DNA from: Chrysemys picta bellii
Taxonomy: Eukaryota
NCBI RefSeq assembly: GCF_011386835.1
Contig: NC_088795.1
Span: 90,520,001 to 90,584,000, forward strand
DNA length: 64,000 bases
Direction: 5' to 3'
Shown: positions 11,905-24,654 of the stretch, one piece after another
Position numbering within the stretch: position 1 is the first letter of the stretch
How the letters are laid out: each line of letters starts with the position of its first letter
Made by a program: the position numbers and the translations under genes
Notes under the pieces: model-generated
Database searches by the model: none
The model's input: the letters and a program-made list of their open reading frames with translations, nothing else
What the model was told of the DNA's origin: nothing

Positions 11905-13922
11905 AGTATTTTATTATTGAAAAAGTTTGAGAGTAAAAAAATGTAAATTAAAAGATTTAAAAGCTACTGCTGAGACTATCCAAAGCAGAAACAATAGAAT
12001 AATGTAAGAACGTACTTTATATAGTTACTGTGAACCTCATCCTGCACCACTAATGTCAATGAAAGCTTTGCTGTTAACTTCATTTGGGGTAGTATCAATC
12101 TCTATAGTATCATTTCCCTTCACCCCATAAAGGACAAACCAACAATCTGTTAAAAATAGAATTGTACTCTTTCTGTATAAGCAATTCCCTTCCATGCCCC
12201 CAGAAGTTGAAACTAACCTATTTAAAATATTTACAAGTAATTCTTAATTTTTGTGTGTTTTATGTTGCCACTTTCAGTCCTTAAAATCTAGTCTCTACAC
12301 AGATATGACTAAACTGACAAAATATGACACCTTCATACAAGAATAAAGCTTGTATATGGTAGCAACAATATATTTACGTTAATTACAATATTTCTATTGA
12401 GACCATATTTCCAGTTTAAACACATTTTTATTAAGTCACAATCTTAACAATCTTATTGCAAAATACTGTAGATTGGAGACCAAGTGTAGCGAAGTTCAAA
12501 GTTTAATTCTTCCATGTCATTTTATATGTTCTTTACGTCTTATTGGTGTCCATAATGGAATCTGGGAAGTACAGGATTTTCTTCAAAGTTATATGAATGG
12601 AATGCTGTAAATCAGTCAGCAGGTATGCATTACAACAGTATAGGTTTCCCCTTCTAATTCTATACATAACACCAATAAATACTTGTCACATTATCTTTTG
12701 AATTACTAAATACTATTAAGCACTATTCAAATTTAACATTTTGGAGAAGGACAATTAAGATGAATCCAAATATACAGTTATCTGACATAGATCAGCTTTA
12801 ATGTATTATAAAAAAATGAATGTAGCACAGTACATAACCTACTTTGACCTAAACTTTTAATAATTGTCTGTCACATTTATCAGAGTTTTCGTAAAGAGAT
12901 TAATCCTCACTGCACTTACCTAGTAGCTCTATATCCTAATAAGGCCCTGTGTCACACCTCTTTAAAAACTTGAACTCAACTGCATGAACAATTCCAGATT
13001 TTGTTCTGATCTTTAAAAAAAAATAAAAATTGAAAAATATCTCCAGATTTAGTTTGGAAATATTCATATTAAGTATAATAGAACTATTGTGTAATATTTA
13101 GTACATTATAATACAGTACAAGTTTAAAATCTCATTTTCATTACTTTTCATTAACATTGGCAAAATAAGTTTTAAAATATAAATGGTATTACAGAAGATA
13201 TTGCAGAAGACTAGACTATTCTTTTTATTAGAGATGACAAAGTAAATTTATAAAATACAATTCTTGATTTGACACTTCTTTGTTAAGAAGAAAAATCTAC
13301 AGCAAGGATGATAATACATTCAGAAAATAAACAGATTCAGCAAGACATGGGGTGTATAAAAGCAATGACATGCAAACAGAAAACACTTGTAAAAAAATCC
13401 AAAACACATGGAAATCCACCAGAACCATAACAAATATACTGTACATGAACCAATCTTTAAAAAAGTCCAAGCCTGGTTTTGCTCAATATTAGCTCATGCT
13501 GTAGTATGGACAAATTTCTGAAGCCATATCTGATTTAAGCAAATTTAAATTAGTAGAGAAATCAGAAGTTGTTGCATCAGTTATTCTGACCCAGCTTCCT
13601 TCTTTTGTACCATGAATTTCTATAGCTATTACGCTAGCTTTGCAAAACTGTCATGCGACTTTGTTATAATGTGTGAATTTTGTGCGTCGACAAGCAATGA
13701 AAAGCACCCATAAAAAAAAACCTTGTCACCCCCAGATAAATGGGAGAATAGAATTTTGCAAGGCTGATTGTAGGACACGTGCACACACAAATTCACAAGT
13801 TATCACTGATTTGAAGCAAAGTCAGAGGTAGAATTCATGTCAACCTTCATAATTTTCAAAAGTCCTTGAAACAAGTTAATCCTTCTGTTACAAGTTTAGT
13901 TTTAAGACTATCCCAGGTATGG
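11905..13922 (-). other. CEP135: Probable CEP135 3' UTR with candidate AATAAA signals at 13224-13229, 12427-12432 and 11910-11915
   Basis: AT-rich stretch with no recognisable TE directly after the stop codon; which signal is used cannot be told from sequence. Confidence 0.55.
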
Positions 13923-13944
13923 TTATTCCTTGAAGCTCACATTT
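13923..13944 (-). CDS. CEP135: CEP135 terminal coding micro-exon, (K)NVSFKE*
   Basis: Long pyrimidine tract TTTCTTCTTCTTCCCCCCACCCAG followed by AAATGTGAGCTTCAAGGAATAA; phase 2 fits the previous exon; followed by an AT-rich UTR-like region. Confidence 0.85.
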
Positions 13945-15634
13945 CTGGGTGGGGGGAAGAAGAAGAAATTTTAAAAATATAAACATCTGCTTACAGCATT
14001 TTTTTCAATTCAACCAAGGGTAAAATATATAATAACATTACCTTCTTCATAGTTTATTCCTAAATTACTTGAATCAGCCCATGATATCACCCACAGAATT
14101 TATTTTAATATACTATTTCATTCTTGACACATGTCGCACAAGCACTGGACAAAAGTACAATGTAAGACAAGGACAAGAAGAAAGTTATTAGGTTAGACTA
14201 AGTGGCTTATAAAAAGGGGGAAAATTCCCAGTATACAGTATAAAACAACACAATTGACAGAGCACACTTCCACTGTGGAACGCTGCAAGGAAGGGATAAA
14301 TAAGAAGTAAAACCGATAAGAGAGAGAGGGTAAAAAGTTCACGGGCAGGTCAGAATGTCAAGAAACAATTATTCATTGGACTCAGAACTGGGATTGGACA
14401 AATCTTAAATTTGTGTATGAAATCAGATATTTCAAGAGTATTTGGATTCAAGCAAAGTCCATGGAAAAAGTACAAATATTAAATGGTATCTCTTCTGTTA
14501 ACTTTGTGCAATTTTGGGATTTTTGGTTCCCCTCTGACAGTTCAGACATGATCTAGTTAGACAAGTCAGCTGTGGTAGCATACATGGTTACTAAATACTT
14601 TCTGAAAATAAACAAAGCTCATTCTCACTGTCCTTTGATTTTGACTTTTCACTGAGATGTAACATGTAGCGGTGGGAGAGGTGGGTCACACAAACCTGTA
14701 ACCAGGTTTGTAACATTGACAGGCCACATCTAAAACAATAATCTTTGTAAAAATGTAGAGACATACGTGAGTGTCCTGCAAATCTCCTGGACAGCAAAAG
14801 ATTACAGGCTAGCTACAGATTCTGATCTACCACTGATAGACTGTGCCTTATCATGACCTTGAACGTTCAGACCTTGGCAATCAGAAATGAAAGAGTCCCC
14901 AAGATGCATCTTGGGAAGCTGGCAGTTTGTGCTTGAACCTTTCAAAAAAATCAAAGTTTTTGCTGCTTAGTAGCCTGGGGCTTGGCATCCTGAGGCCTCT
15001 GCTAATGCAGAGGCCCAGCACCTTCCAGGTATCCTTCAAACCAACCTAGAAATAAAGAACAACATCTTGACCTGTCCCTTACCTCTTTTGTGGAAGGTAG
15101 AGGGTTGGATAATGGATCCCAAGAAACAGAATCTGACCACACTCCTTTTTGCCTTCACGAGACTGTCCTCTGCCAAAATGCCCATTTAGCAAACCTTCAA
15201 TCTGCTAAACTGCCTACTGAAAGCCAAAAATCTCAGGCTAATGTATCTATGGGTATCAAGTGCGTTGGAGGATTTTCACACTCAATGCTAGGCCATTTCC
15301 AATCCCTTATAGACTGAATTCCATACAATTTTGCTAGGGGCGAGGACTGATAAACTGGTATGACTATTTCCAAAGCTCATAATAGTAGTTACCTATGTAT
15401 CTATGTTATCTACCTTAGTATAGATTCCTATAACAGTGTATGTGTTATTAATAGGTAGCTCCTAGTATGGGTTGTTGCTCTTCATTCTTAGAGCATCCCA
15501 GCGTTAGAGTCGTGATTCAGGGGTGTTGAACTATGAGGCTTGTCCTTGACCATCAATAACGCTACCATCAAGTGCTAATGTAAAAGGTAGAAGTAGTCAG
15601 TGGCATTCTTTGGCAGCGTGTGCTTGCATTTATT

Positions 15635-15635
<1 letters not shown>

Positions 15636-15672
<37 letters not shown>
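15636..15672. repeat. (AG)n microsatellite
   Basis: About 18 perfect AG units next to a SINE tail. Confidence 0.95.
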
Positions 15673-15675
<3 letters not shown>

Positions 15676-15677
15676 AT

Positions 15678-15848
15678 CTCATAGAACTGAAAGGGACCCC
15701 CAAAGGTCATCGAGTCCAGCCCCCTGCCATCACTAGCAGGACCAAGTACTGATTTTACCCGAGATCCCTAAGTGGCCCCCTCAAGGATTGAACTCACAAC
15801 CCTGGGTTTAGCAGGCCAATGCTCAAATCACTGAGCTATCCCTCCCCC
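15678..15848 (-). mobile_element. tRNA-derived SINE, same family as 125-412
   Basis: Reverse complement contains GGGAGGGATAGCTCAGTG, GAGTTCAATCC and the CR1-like tail. Confidence 0.9.
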
Positions 15849-16406
15849 AATTTTGCCACCTTACATGTGGCTAGAGTGGTATATGGATGGACTGGATGAT
15901 ATGATTTCTGGCCTGGAGCCCATAGTGGTTTTATGCACGAGTCGGATGACCCTAGCACCTCTCTCTACAAAAATGAGGAAGCATGGCTACTCTGAGGTAG
16001 AGAGAAGGAGAGGAAGAATTGAAGGCTATCTTCCTCAGTACCCCTGGATGTCATGACATAAAAAATTCCTCCAGCTTTCAGGGTATCAACCTGACAAGTC
16101 ATTCTCATCTTTCCATGTAGTAGTTTCAGGTTGATAGATGAGATGATTAGTGTATCAAATGTGGTGTAGCTGTCAACCCTGGTCTTTGTGAGGCCATTAA
16201 TGCTGAGAATATCAGAGCAAGGTGTGGTGAAGAGTGTGTTTAAGTGAGGTCTACCATGAATGCCATAATCTCAGAGTAGGCTATGTGCTTGGACAATATC
16301 TACAGCAGACTAGGCAAGATGCATGGCATACATCACCAAAGCTGAAGCAAGGAAACAAATTTATTAGACTGCACAAATACTCAAGCTCTGGCCAGTACAG
16401 GACACT

Positions 16407-16626
16407 GGATACGTTTACATAGCAACCAGACACCTGCAGCTGGCCCATGCCAGCCAACTTGGGCTCACGGGGCAGTTTCATTGCTGTGTAGACTTCTGGA
16501 TTCGGGCTGCAGCCTGAGCCCGGAAGTCTACACAGCAATGAAACAACCCTGCAGCCTGAGCCCTGTGACCCTGAGTCAGCTGGCACTGGCCAGCCGTGGG
16601 TTTTTCTTAGTTGTGTAGACATACCC
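16407..16626. mobile_element. Harbinger-type MITE with internal palindrome
   Basis: Ends GGATACGTTTACA / TGTAGACATACCC; internal inverted repeat TTTCATTGCTGTGTAGACTTC...GAAGTCTACACAGCAATGAAA. Confidence 0.65.
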
Positions 16627-17006
16627 AATTATCAGCTCAGTGGCACAGACATGCCCCAGCTCCCATCCCTCCCTCCCCTGCCCTTACTGGTGAAGAGTTT
16701 AATGGTTTTAGAATTTTAAAGCTATGGATGTATATCGCAGTCCTGTTCTATAAGCAAAATCCAAGGAGCAGGAATCCGTTGTAATATTTCGCTATTGGAG
16801 AATAACTAGCATTTATTATTTTCAGTCAATACTAGTTATTGTGTTTAAAACACTATAAGAGTGTAACTATCATTGGAGCGTTTAAATATTTCATATGCAC
16901 CAAAACATAAAATGCTGATTTCCTGCCCCCCATTTCAATTTAAATACAGCTGTATTTAATTCTTATGTGAACACTTAATCTTGACAAAAATCATCAAATT
17001 ACTTAC

Positions 17007-17153
17007 TTTTCTGCTGTTGCTCGATCAGTTGTTCTTACAATTGCACGCTCTGGAGAATGAGAAGGAGATCTCATTGTTGAACTAAGTGGAGATGAGGTAC
17101 GTACAGAAGATGTGGACAGACCATGTCGACGCATTTCCTGAATTGCACGCTCT
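17007..17153 (-). CDS. CEP135: CEP135 penultimate coding exon, ERAIQEMRRHGLSTSSVRTSSPLSSTMRSPSHSPERAIVRTTDRATAE(K)
   Basis: 147 nt, phase 2/2; TTGGTAG acceptor, GTAAGT donor; ERAIQEMRRHGL and LSST.RSPSHSPE match the CEP135 C-terminus; no stop inside the exon. Confidence 0.93.
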
Positions 17154-17509
17154 CTACCAAGTAGACAATAATTTTGTTAAACACTAATTTGTACACACTT
17201 ATCTTTATTACCACTATTAGCATTCATATTCTGCCACATCATATTTCTCTGCAGAAATTATTAGATGATAAAAGAAAATGAAAGGTGATAATTTAAATGG
17301 ATAGCATATATACATTTTAAATAAAAATGTCTCAATTATATTTAAGGGACACAGATCACTTTTTAAAATTAATGGTTAAAAGTAACATTTAAGGGTACAA
17401 TAAAAGGTTAGAAAAAAATTCTCTATTTTTTCAGTTTGTTTACTTTGTGAATTTGACAACACTGTGTGTAGTCAGTCTTGTTCTTCTGTAAACTCAGTAT
17501 ATATGTTTT

Positions 17510-18176
17510 TTGTATGGTCTCCCATACCTCAAGAGGTGAGGAAAAACCCCTACTTACCACCTGAGCTGGAACTAACATGGACTGTACCAGGGGAAAGGAT
17601 TGGGCCCAGACTAGGAACGAGTCTAGTCTGTGAAAGAAGCTTATTGGAACACCTGAGGCTGAGATGTGATCTGTAATCAGTTTCTTAATGTATTAGGCTT
17701 AGACTTGCGTGTTGTTGCTTTATTTTACTTGGTAACTTACTTTGTTCTGTCTGTTATTACTTGAAACCACTTACATCCTACTTGTTATACTTAATAAAAT
17801 CATTTTTGTTTATTAGTAAACCCAGAGTAAGTGATTAATACCTGGGGGAGCAAAGAGCTGTGCATCTCTCGCTATCAATGTTATAGAGGGTGGACAATTT
17901 ATGAGTTTACCCTGTATAAGCTTTATACAGAGTAAAATGGATTTATTTGGGGTTTGGATCCCATTGAGAACTGGGTGTCTGGGTGCTGAGCAGTTTTTGG
18001 TTAAAGTCTGCAGCTTTGGGGGTGTGGACCAGACTCTGGGTCGCAGCAGGCTAGCGTGTCTGGCTCAACAAGGCAGAGTTCTGGAGTCCCAAGCTAGCAG
18101 GGAAAAAGGGCTCAGAGGTAATCTTGGCATGTTAGGTGAGAGTCCCAAAGGGGTCTCTGTGACCGAACCCGTCACA
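17510..18176 (+). mobile_element. LTR fragment (3' part of a solo LTR)
   Basis: AATAAA followed by U5-like sequence ending ...CCCGTCACA; 5' end and TSD not found. Confidence 0.55.
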
Positions 18177-18460
18177 GGTGTCTCCCGGGCTTGATCCAGT
18201 TGTAAGAATTTTGGCTAATGCATTGTAACTATATTGTTGCTAGGATATAAAATATGAGGGTATATATGCTTGTATTGATATTCTGAATGTAATCAACACC
18301 AAGAGGTCTTTGGAATGCTTGTGTGAAAACTGAGTTATAGTAAACCTTAATAAAATTATTAGGAAAACTATTTTCAAACACACAGTATTGCATTAGCAGC
18401 TACCTTAATGATAGGAAAGGAGGATCACCCCACTGAAACAAAAACAACACAGGTGCTTAC

Positions 18461-18565
18461 CGTTCAAATCGTTCAGTTGTCAGTTGCCTTTTTAAAACAT
18501 CATAGTCCGTCTGTAGCTGTGCAACTTTACTTCGAAGTATGGAAACTTCTCTATTATGACTGGTT
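18461..18565 (-). CDS. CEP135: CEP135 coding exon, TSHNREVSILRSKVAQLQTDYDVLKRQLTTERFE(R)
   Basis: 105 nt, phase 2/2; TTTTTAG acceptor, GTAAGC donor; KVAQLQTDYD.LKRQ matches CEP135. Confidence 0.97.
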
Positions 18566-18869
18566 CTAAAAATAGCATGAGAAGTAACAAAAAATTTTCT
18601 TAAACTGTTGCACACTTTCAGCTGGTATCTTAGAGGAATTAGGAAAAACAGAAATGAACAAGGGAAACCAAAAAATGAAATAAGAGGAGTTGTTACTTCA
18701 ACAACTCAAAATAACAAAGTGAGAATCAGAAGTGATGGGAAGAATTGAATGAATACAATGACAAACTACTGGATAAAGCTAACCTGTAAAAGACAGAAGT
18801 GTGAACTTGGAAGTCCTTCAATAAATTCATACTACAGTGCATTATATTCCTTTATAGATAAAAATATAC

Positions 18870-19042
18870 AGTAGAACCTCAGAGTTACAAACGTCTTGGG
18901 AATGGAGGTTGTTTGCAACTCTGAACAAAATATTATGGTTGTTCTTTTAAAAGTTTACAACTGAACATTGACTTAATACAGCTTTGAAGCTTTACTATGC
19001 AGAAGAAAAATGCTTCTTTCCCTTTTTTTAAGTAGTTTATGT
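18870..19042. mobile_element. Tigger-like MITE fragment cut by the hAT element
   Basis: TA followed by CAGTAGAACCTCAGAGTTACAAAC. Confidence 0.45.
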
Positions 19043-20140
19043 TAGGGCTGTCAAGCGATTAAAAAAATTAATTGCGATTAATCGTGCTGTTAAACAATAG
19101 AATACCATTTATTTTAAATATTTTTGGATGTTTTCTACATTTTCAAATATATTAATTTATATTACAACACAAAATACAAAGTGTGCAGTGCTCACTTTAT
19201 ATTTATTTTTATTACAAATATTTGCACTGTAATAAACAAAAAAATTGTATTTTTCAATTCACCTCATACATCCATGGGTCGAGTGCTGTAGCTATCTTTA
19301 GAAATCTCACATTGGTACCTTCTTTGCATTTTGTCAAATCTGCAGTGAAAGTGTTCTTAAAATGAACAACATGTGCCGGGTCATCATCTGAGACTGCTAT
19401 AACAGGAAATATAAGGCAGAATGCGGGTAAAACAGAGCAGGGGACATACAATTCTGCCCCAAGGAGTTCAGTCACAAATTTAATTAATGCTTATTTTTTT
19501 AACGAGCGTCATCAGCATGGAACCATGTCCTCTGGAATGGTGGCTGAAGCATGAATGGGCATACAAATGTTTAGCATATCTGGCACGTAAATACCTTGCA
19601 ATGGCGGCTACAAAAGTGCCATGCAAATGCCTGTTCTCACTTTCTGGTGACATTGCAAATAAGAAGAGGGCAACATTATCTCCCTTAAATGTAAACAAAC
19701 TTGTTTGTCTTAGTGATTGGCTGAACAAGAAATAGGGCTGAGTAGACTTGTAGGCTCTAAAGTTTTACATTGTTTTGTTTTTGAATGCACTCACGTAGCA
19801 AAACAAACAAAAAAATCTACATTTGTAAGCTGCACTTTCACGACAAAGAGACTGCACTACAGTACTTGTATGAGGTGAACTGAAAAATACTATTTCTTTT
19901 GTTTATAATTTTTACAGTGAAAATATTTGTAGGCAAAAATAATATATACTTCGATTTCAATTATAACACAGAATTCAATATACATGAAAATGTAAAAAAA
20001 AACCAAAATAATTAATACATTTCAATTGGTATTCTTTATTTAACAGTGCAATTAAAACTGCGATTAATAGGGATTAATTTTTTAAATCACGATTAATTTT
20101 TTTGAGTTACTCGCTTGAGTTCACTTGATTGACAGACCTA
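19043..20140 (+). mobile_element. Non-autonomous hAT element retaining the C-terminal dimerisation domain
   Basis: TIRs TAGGGCTGTCAA / TTGACAGACCTA; ORF 19487-19735 WWLKHE.AY..LAYLARKYLA..AT.VPC..LFSLSGDIANKKR..LSP.NVNKLVCL fits hATC. Confidence 0.85.
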
Positions 20141-20501
20141 GTATTTTTCCCTAACTTCATTTCCTGAAACAGATAAACCTGATCTGATTGAGAAAGTTTC
20201 TTTCCTGTAGCTGAAATCCTACTCATAATAGTAACTGGGAGGATGGAAGCCCACGTCAAGAGTCCTTAAGAGTTTTGGACTCTTATGGAAGGTTTGAACA
20301 CACAAACTCTTCTAACAGGTGCACACATACAAACAATGATGCTCTCAGAAAGAATCTTTTGACCAAGTGTGGAGGGTTTGATTATGTAAATAAGTGTTTT
20401 CATACAGTTCAAAAGATTTTTCACAATCAAAATACAAATAAAATAAAAAATTTACAACTCAAAATATTGGAAGAAATGTAATTGTCTGTTTTAGAACTTA
20501 C

Positions 20502-20704
20502 AGTTTGCTCTCTGCAAGAGTTAGCTTGTCTTTAAGTAACTGAATTTCTGAATCTTTCTCATGGGATGTTAAATGATTCTGAAACTCTTTGTCTCTGCTA
20601 GTAGTGAGCAGCGTTTCAAGATTCTGAATAGTAAGTCGTTCGCTGGACAATTGCTTTTTTAACAGCTCTGCTTCTGACTTTATATCTTCTAATTCAGCCA
20701 GAAC
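20502..20704 (-). CDS. CEP135: CEP135 coding exon, [67 protein letters not shown](L)
   Basis: 203 nt, phase 0/2; CCCTAG acceptor, GTAAGT donor; [19 protein letters not shown] matches CEP135. Confidence 0.97.
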
Positions 20705-21438
20705 CTAGGGTATAAAACAATTACTACAGTAAATTTGTTACTAGCCTGATATTTAACGCTCACTATTTATGTAGTATTTTACAAACAGATACGTGTGTGT
20801 ACAGTTTTCACATTCTCTGAAAAATACTAATTTACAGTTTATAAAAGATTTTTTTTAAACAGACAAGAAATTATGTTAAAATGGAGTTACATTAAAATTG
20901 ATATGTATTTTTAATTGTAAGGGTTTAGAAAAAACACATTATAGGAATGTTTTAATAATCCCTAAAATAAGCCTTATAAACCCAGGAAATTCAGAATTGA
21001 GCTTAAATGTATAAGAAATCTAAATGGTTAAGATGGAAATATTCAGTTAAGGCACCTAAACAATTTTGTGCCTTGTAGTGACAATACAAAAAGGAATAAA
21101 TACCTCAAGGAGATCAAGATTAATCTGGACCCACAAACATTAAAATGCCTTAACCATAATGGTATGTTCAACACATGATTATTTTAAACTTAATCTTAAT
21201 GATTAACCTTAACTCCGCTGTGTTACCATTTTTAACCTGAGGGTTTTTTATTTGTCATGTAACTTCAGAATTAGATACATTATATTAATTATTAAAATTA
21301 GTCACTTTAATAGACATAAAAACAAACCATCATGATCTAAATAAAATGGTCCTAGATGTATAGTAGGTTAATATGTATAGTAGGTTAATAATCAGTAGAA
21401 AATTTAAAGATTGTACAGTATATCAAGAATTAGTGTAT

Positions 21439-21439
<1 letters not shown>

Positions 21440-21470
<31 letters not shown>
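21440..21470. repeat. (CA)n microsatellite
   Basis: About 15 perfect CA units. Confidence 0.95.
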
Positions 21471-21472
<2 letters not shown>

Positions 21473-21642
21473 ACCCACCCACCCCTATTTCCTATTCTAA
21501 AGGAGCCCCAGTGAAGTATATGTGCATGTCAGAAATGATTACTAGTAAGGGGGGAAAAAGAATTATTAGAGCTCCCTCAAGTAAGGAAATCAAATTGTGT
21601 ATCTGTGCTATAACAAGTGCTATAGTAGTCGTTGCTTCTTAC

Positions 21643-21852
21643 CCTTTCATAATCCATGTTTTTGGATGTTAGCTGTCGTGAAAAAAGTTCTTTGCTAGAC
21701 TCAAGTTTCATGCACAGTTCCCTCATAGAAGCCAGGTCAGCTAATACAGAAGACTTTTCTTCTTGTTCGTATTTGAGATCCTCTTCCAATCTGGACATAT
21801 TTTTTGTAATTGAAGAGAGTTGAGATTCATATGCTTGGTGTGCATTGATATG
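21643..21852 (-). CDS. CEP135: CEP135 coding exon, HINAHQAYESQLSSITKNMSRLEEDLKYEQEEKSSVLADLASMRELCMKLESSKELFSRQLTSKNMDYER
   Basis: 210 nt, phase 0/0; CATTTAG acceptor, GTAAGA donor; HINAHxAYESQ and RELCxKL match CEP135. Confidence 0.97.
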
Positions 21853-23825
21853 CTAAATGAAAACAGACAACAGTTAAGTGGTCGTGGATTTTTTCCCCCC
21901 CCAGTGTTAAAAGTTGCATAACAAAGTTACATACATCTAAGTATCTTTGCCCTGAGCTCTAAATTGAACTTCAGAATACCTTACTTTTTTTTTTTTAAAT
22001 CATAGTTTAAAAAAAAAAAAAAAAAAAACACACACAACCCTAAAAACCAGGTTTCTCAGAAACTTTTGCAACCATTTGAAGGAATACACAGATATTAAAC
22101 AAAAAGCAGAAGTAGACTATAATGGTGTTTCAGAAGAAAATTAAAACTTAAAAATTAAAGACTGAACTCCATCTTTTACTCAACTGCCAATCTTGAACTT
22201 ATCATGCTTTTGTCAACGAATTAAGAATGTCAGACAGAAACGTAGCCTGTCTCTGCTTGGCTGTTATAATCTTTTTGATCTTCAGAAAGACTGTTTCTTT
22301 GAATATGAAATTCTCATTTGATATAACTGGAATAAACTAATATGCTGTTATAAGAACCAAAAGTTTGAACTAATACTTAACTCTGAAAAATATCACAAGA
22401 ACATTTTGTCCCACTTAGTGAAATGGAATTATTGGAAGATATAGTGGCACTATTTATTAATATCTACTGAGATCATGCAATATCTAAATTCTCCATTTTG
22501 AAGTCTTCATACAAGCTCTACCAAACAGTTTCTCCACAGGAATGTAACCCTGCTCTACTTAACAATAGTTACTCCACAGGGCAAGATGACTAAGAGCCAC
22601 AATCTGCCTTTCCTATTCCAGAGGGGTGCAAATGTACCCTGGGCTAGAGTTATACCTGTTGCAGCAAATGCCCTCAGGCATACCAGCACAGCTGCACTGG
22701 CTGGTACATTAGGTGATTGGAGCCAAGGTTTCACCCACTCCCAAACCTTCCTATCCATATACACTGGGTAAGTGGAGAAAGCGGTGTGAGTAACCTCAGA
22801 AAAAGAACAGAGGAAACAAAATGCAACAGACATTTCACTATCTACTAATCACAATTAACCATCAAGGATCTTTCAAATATTTTGAAAAATAGACACATAT
22901 TGTAGTCTTACTGTTCTTAGTATTGTAGATTTAACAGAAGAATCTTGTACATTTGTATTTCTAAAGAACTATGTTTTCTGCTTCCAAAATTGCTGTTCCT
23001 ATTCAGCCATATCCTGTTGCTGTTTACCTGCAAGTATACTTCAGTGTTCTATTTCATACGAAATAGAGGTTGTCCACGTTGCCTTACAACTGCTCAGCTA
23101 CAAAATCAAACTCTGATTCAGAGGACAAAGATATTGCCTCATTCAAAACCTCAATCTATTCACTAGATTCCACATCAACTCCAGTCCCTAACAGCACAAA
23201 ATCTTCTTCAGCTCCTCTGATTTATGTAAATAAATGGTAATTTCAGATGGGCTCCATTGAGCATGTTCAGAGATTTGAGTAACAATAGCATAGCATTACA
23301 GAATGCTAATACTGGTTTGCATTTCTCTGCAGCACCTTGCAAAAAGGGGGCCTTGATCCTTGGCTTTGGCTACTAGGTACTAGTAATATATCAACACCTC
23401 CACCACTACTGCCTCTATGATTACCACATGGAGCCTTTCAGTCAAGGAACTCAATGTGCTTTGAACAAATAATTAATCATGCCCTTGTGAAATACTGCAG
23501 GCAAATATCACACCTATTTTATGGATAGGTAACCTAAAAGGGTCTTAACATACTGGCAAACAATCTCTCTCCCCCCCCCTCCAACAACTGAAAATCTATC
23601 TCTGTGGCATCAGCAGTGAGTTAAGCAGAATAGAAATGATACTATTCTAGCCAGAATTGCAGTTACCATTTCAAATATTCTGTGTCTGCCTTCAAAACAT
23701 TCAAGGATTGAAGTTCATTTCCATGCAAGCATAGCAAATGTTCCTTATCTTTTATTTAAAAGCAATTAAGTATGAACCATTTTCCTTGATAGGATTCAAT
23801 TTTATTGGGTGGTATTGGTTATTAC

Positions 23826-24011
23826 CTCTTGAATTTCTTTTTCTAAAAGTTCCACTCTCTCTCGAAGATGTCTTCTATCGGTATCTACAGAGAGGAGTTC
23901 AAGACGTATTGAGCTGCTTTCTCCCTCAGCTTGATGGGCCTTGACTTCCCAGTCCTCAGCTTGGCTGTGGAGCATTCGGAACTTCTCTAACAATTCTTGA
24001 TTTTCTTGCTC
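23826..24011 (-). CDS. CEP135: CEP135 coding exon, EQENQELLEKFRMLHSQAEDWEVKAHQAEGESSSIRLELLSVDTDRRHLRERVELLEKEIQE
   Basis: 186 nt, phase 0/0; AG/GT ends; AEDWEVKAHQAEGESSS is CEP135-specific (the paralog TSGA10 differs). Confidence 0.98.
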
Positions 24012-24654
24012 CTAGTTGAAATAAAAGTAATCACTTTATAATTAACTATGTGTCACTGCAACAAATGTCTTGTACCTTCCAGTCATTTAACCCTCTTTGT
24101 ACCTGCAAGCCGCATCTGTTACACTACTTCAAAGGAAGGCGTGGCCTTCGCCATATCCCTGACCCTGTATGAAGGCATTCATCTTTCTCTCCCTGGAGAG
24201 AGTACATAGCTTCATTCCTTAAGCAAGTGCCAAGCAGCAAATGTATCCCAGATACAGCAACCCAACTCAGTTTATATTAGAAGTGGTTTTTTAAGCAATT
24301 TATAGAATAGACACTATTGTTTGATGATACATACCTGTCAAGGATACCACGAAAAATACATTAACAATATTTTTTACCTCATATTTTATCTCTTAAGGTA
24401 GGAATTTCTTGCTATTCTCAAGATCAAAGCTATATTGCTATTATCATTTCTACCAAAGCTGCAGTGTATCTGGCAAATATATCCCTAAAAGACGATCAGT
24501 CCGGCCTATTAGCTCATTTTATTAGCTCTTCTAGCTTTAAAGTTTTCAGTCATTACAATAAATACTCAAATTTAGATTACTTTATCCTTCTTTCAATACT
24601 CTGTTCTTTTTTCTTTGATCTAAGGGTACTATCAAAAAGGGTCATATATTTCTT

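Noticed and set aside
14880-16300. Possible very old LINE remnant on the minus strand
   Set aside because: Only faint similarity by eye; no motif strong enough to call without a profile search.
21577-24011. TSGA10 as the identity of the coiled-coil gene
   Set aside because: TSGA10 is the paralog with a similar exon layout, but AEDWEVKAHQAEGESSS, HINAHxAYESQ and ERAIQEMRRHGL match CEP135 as I recall it.
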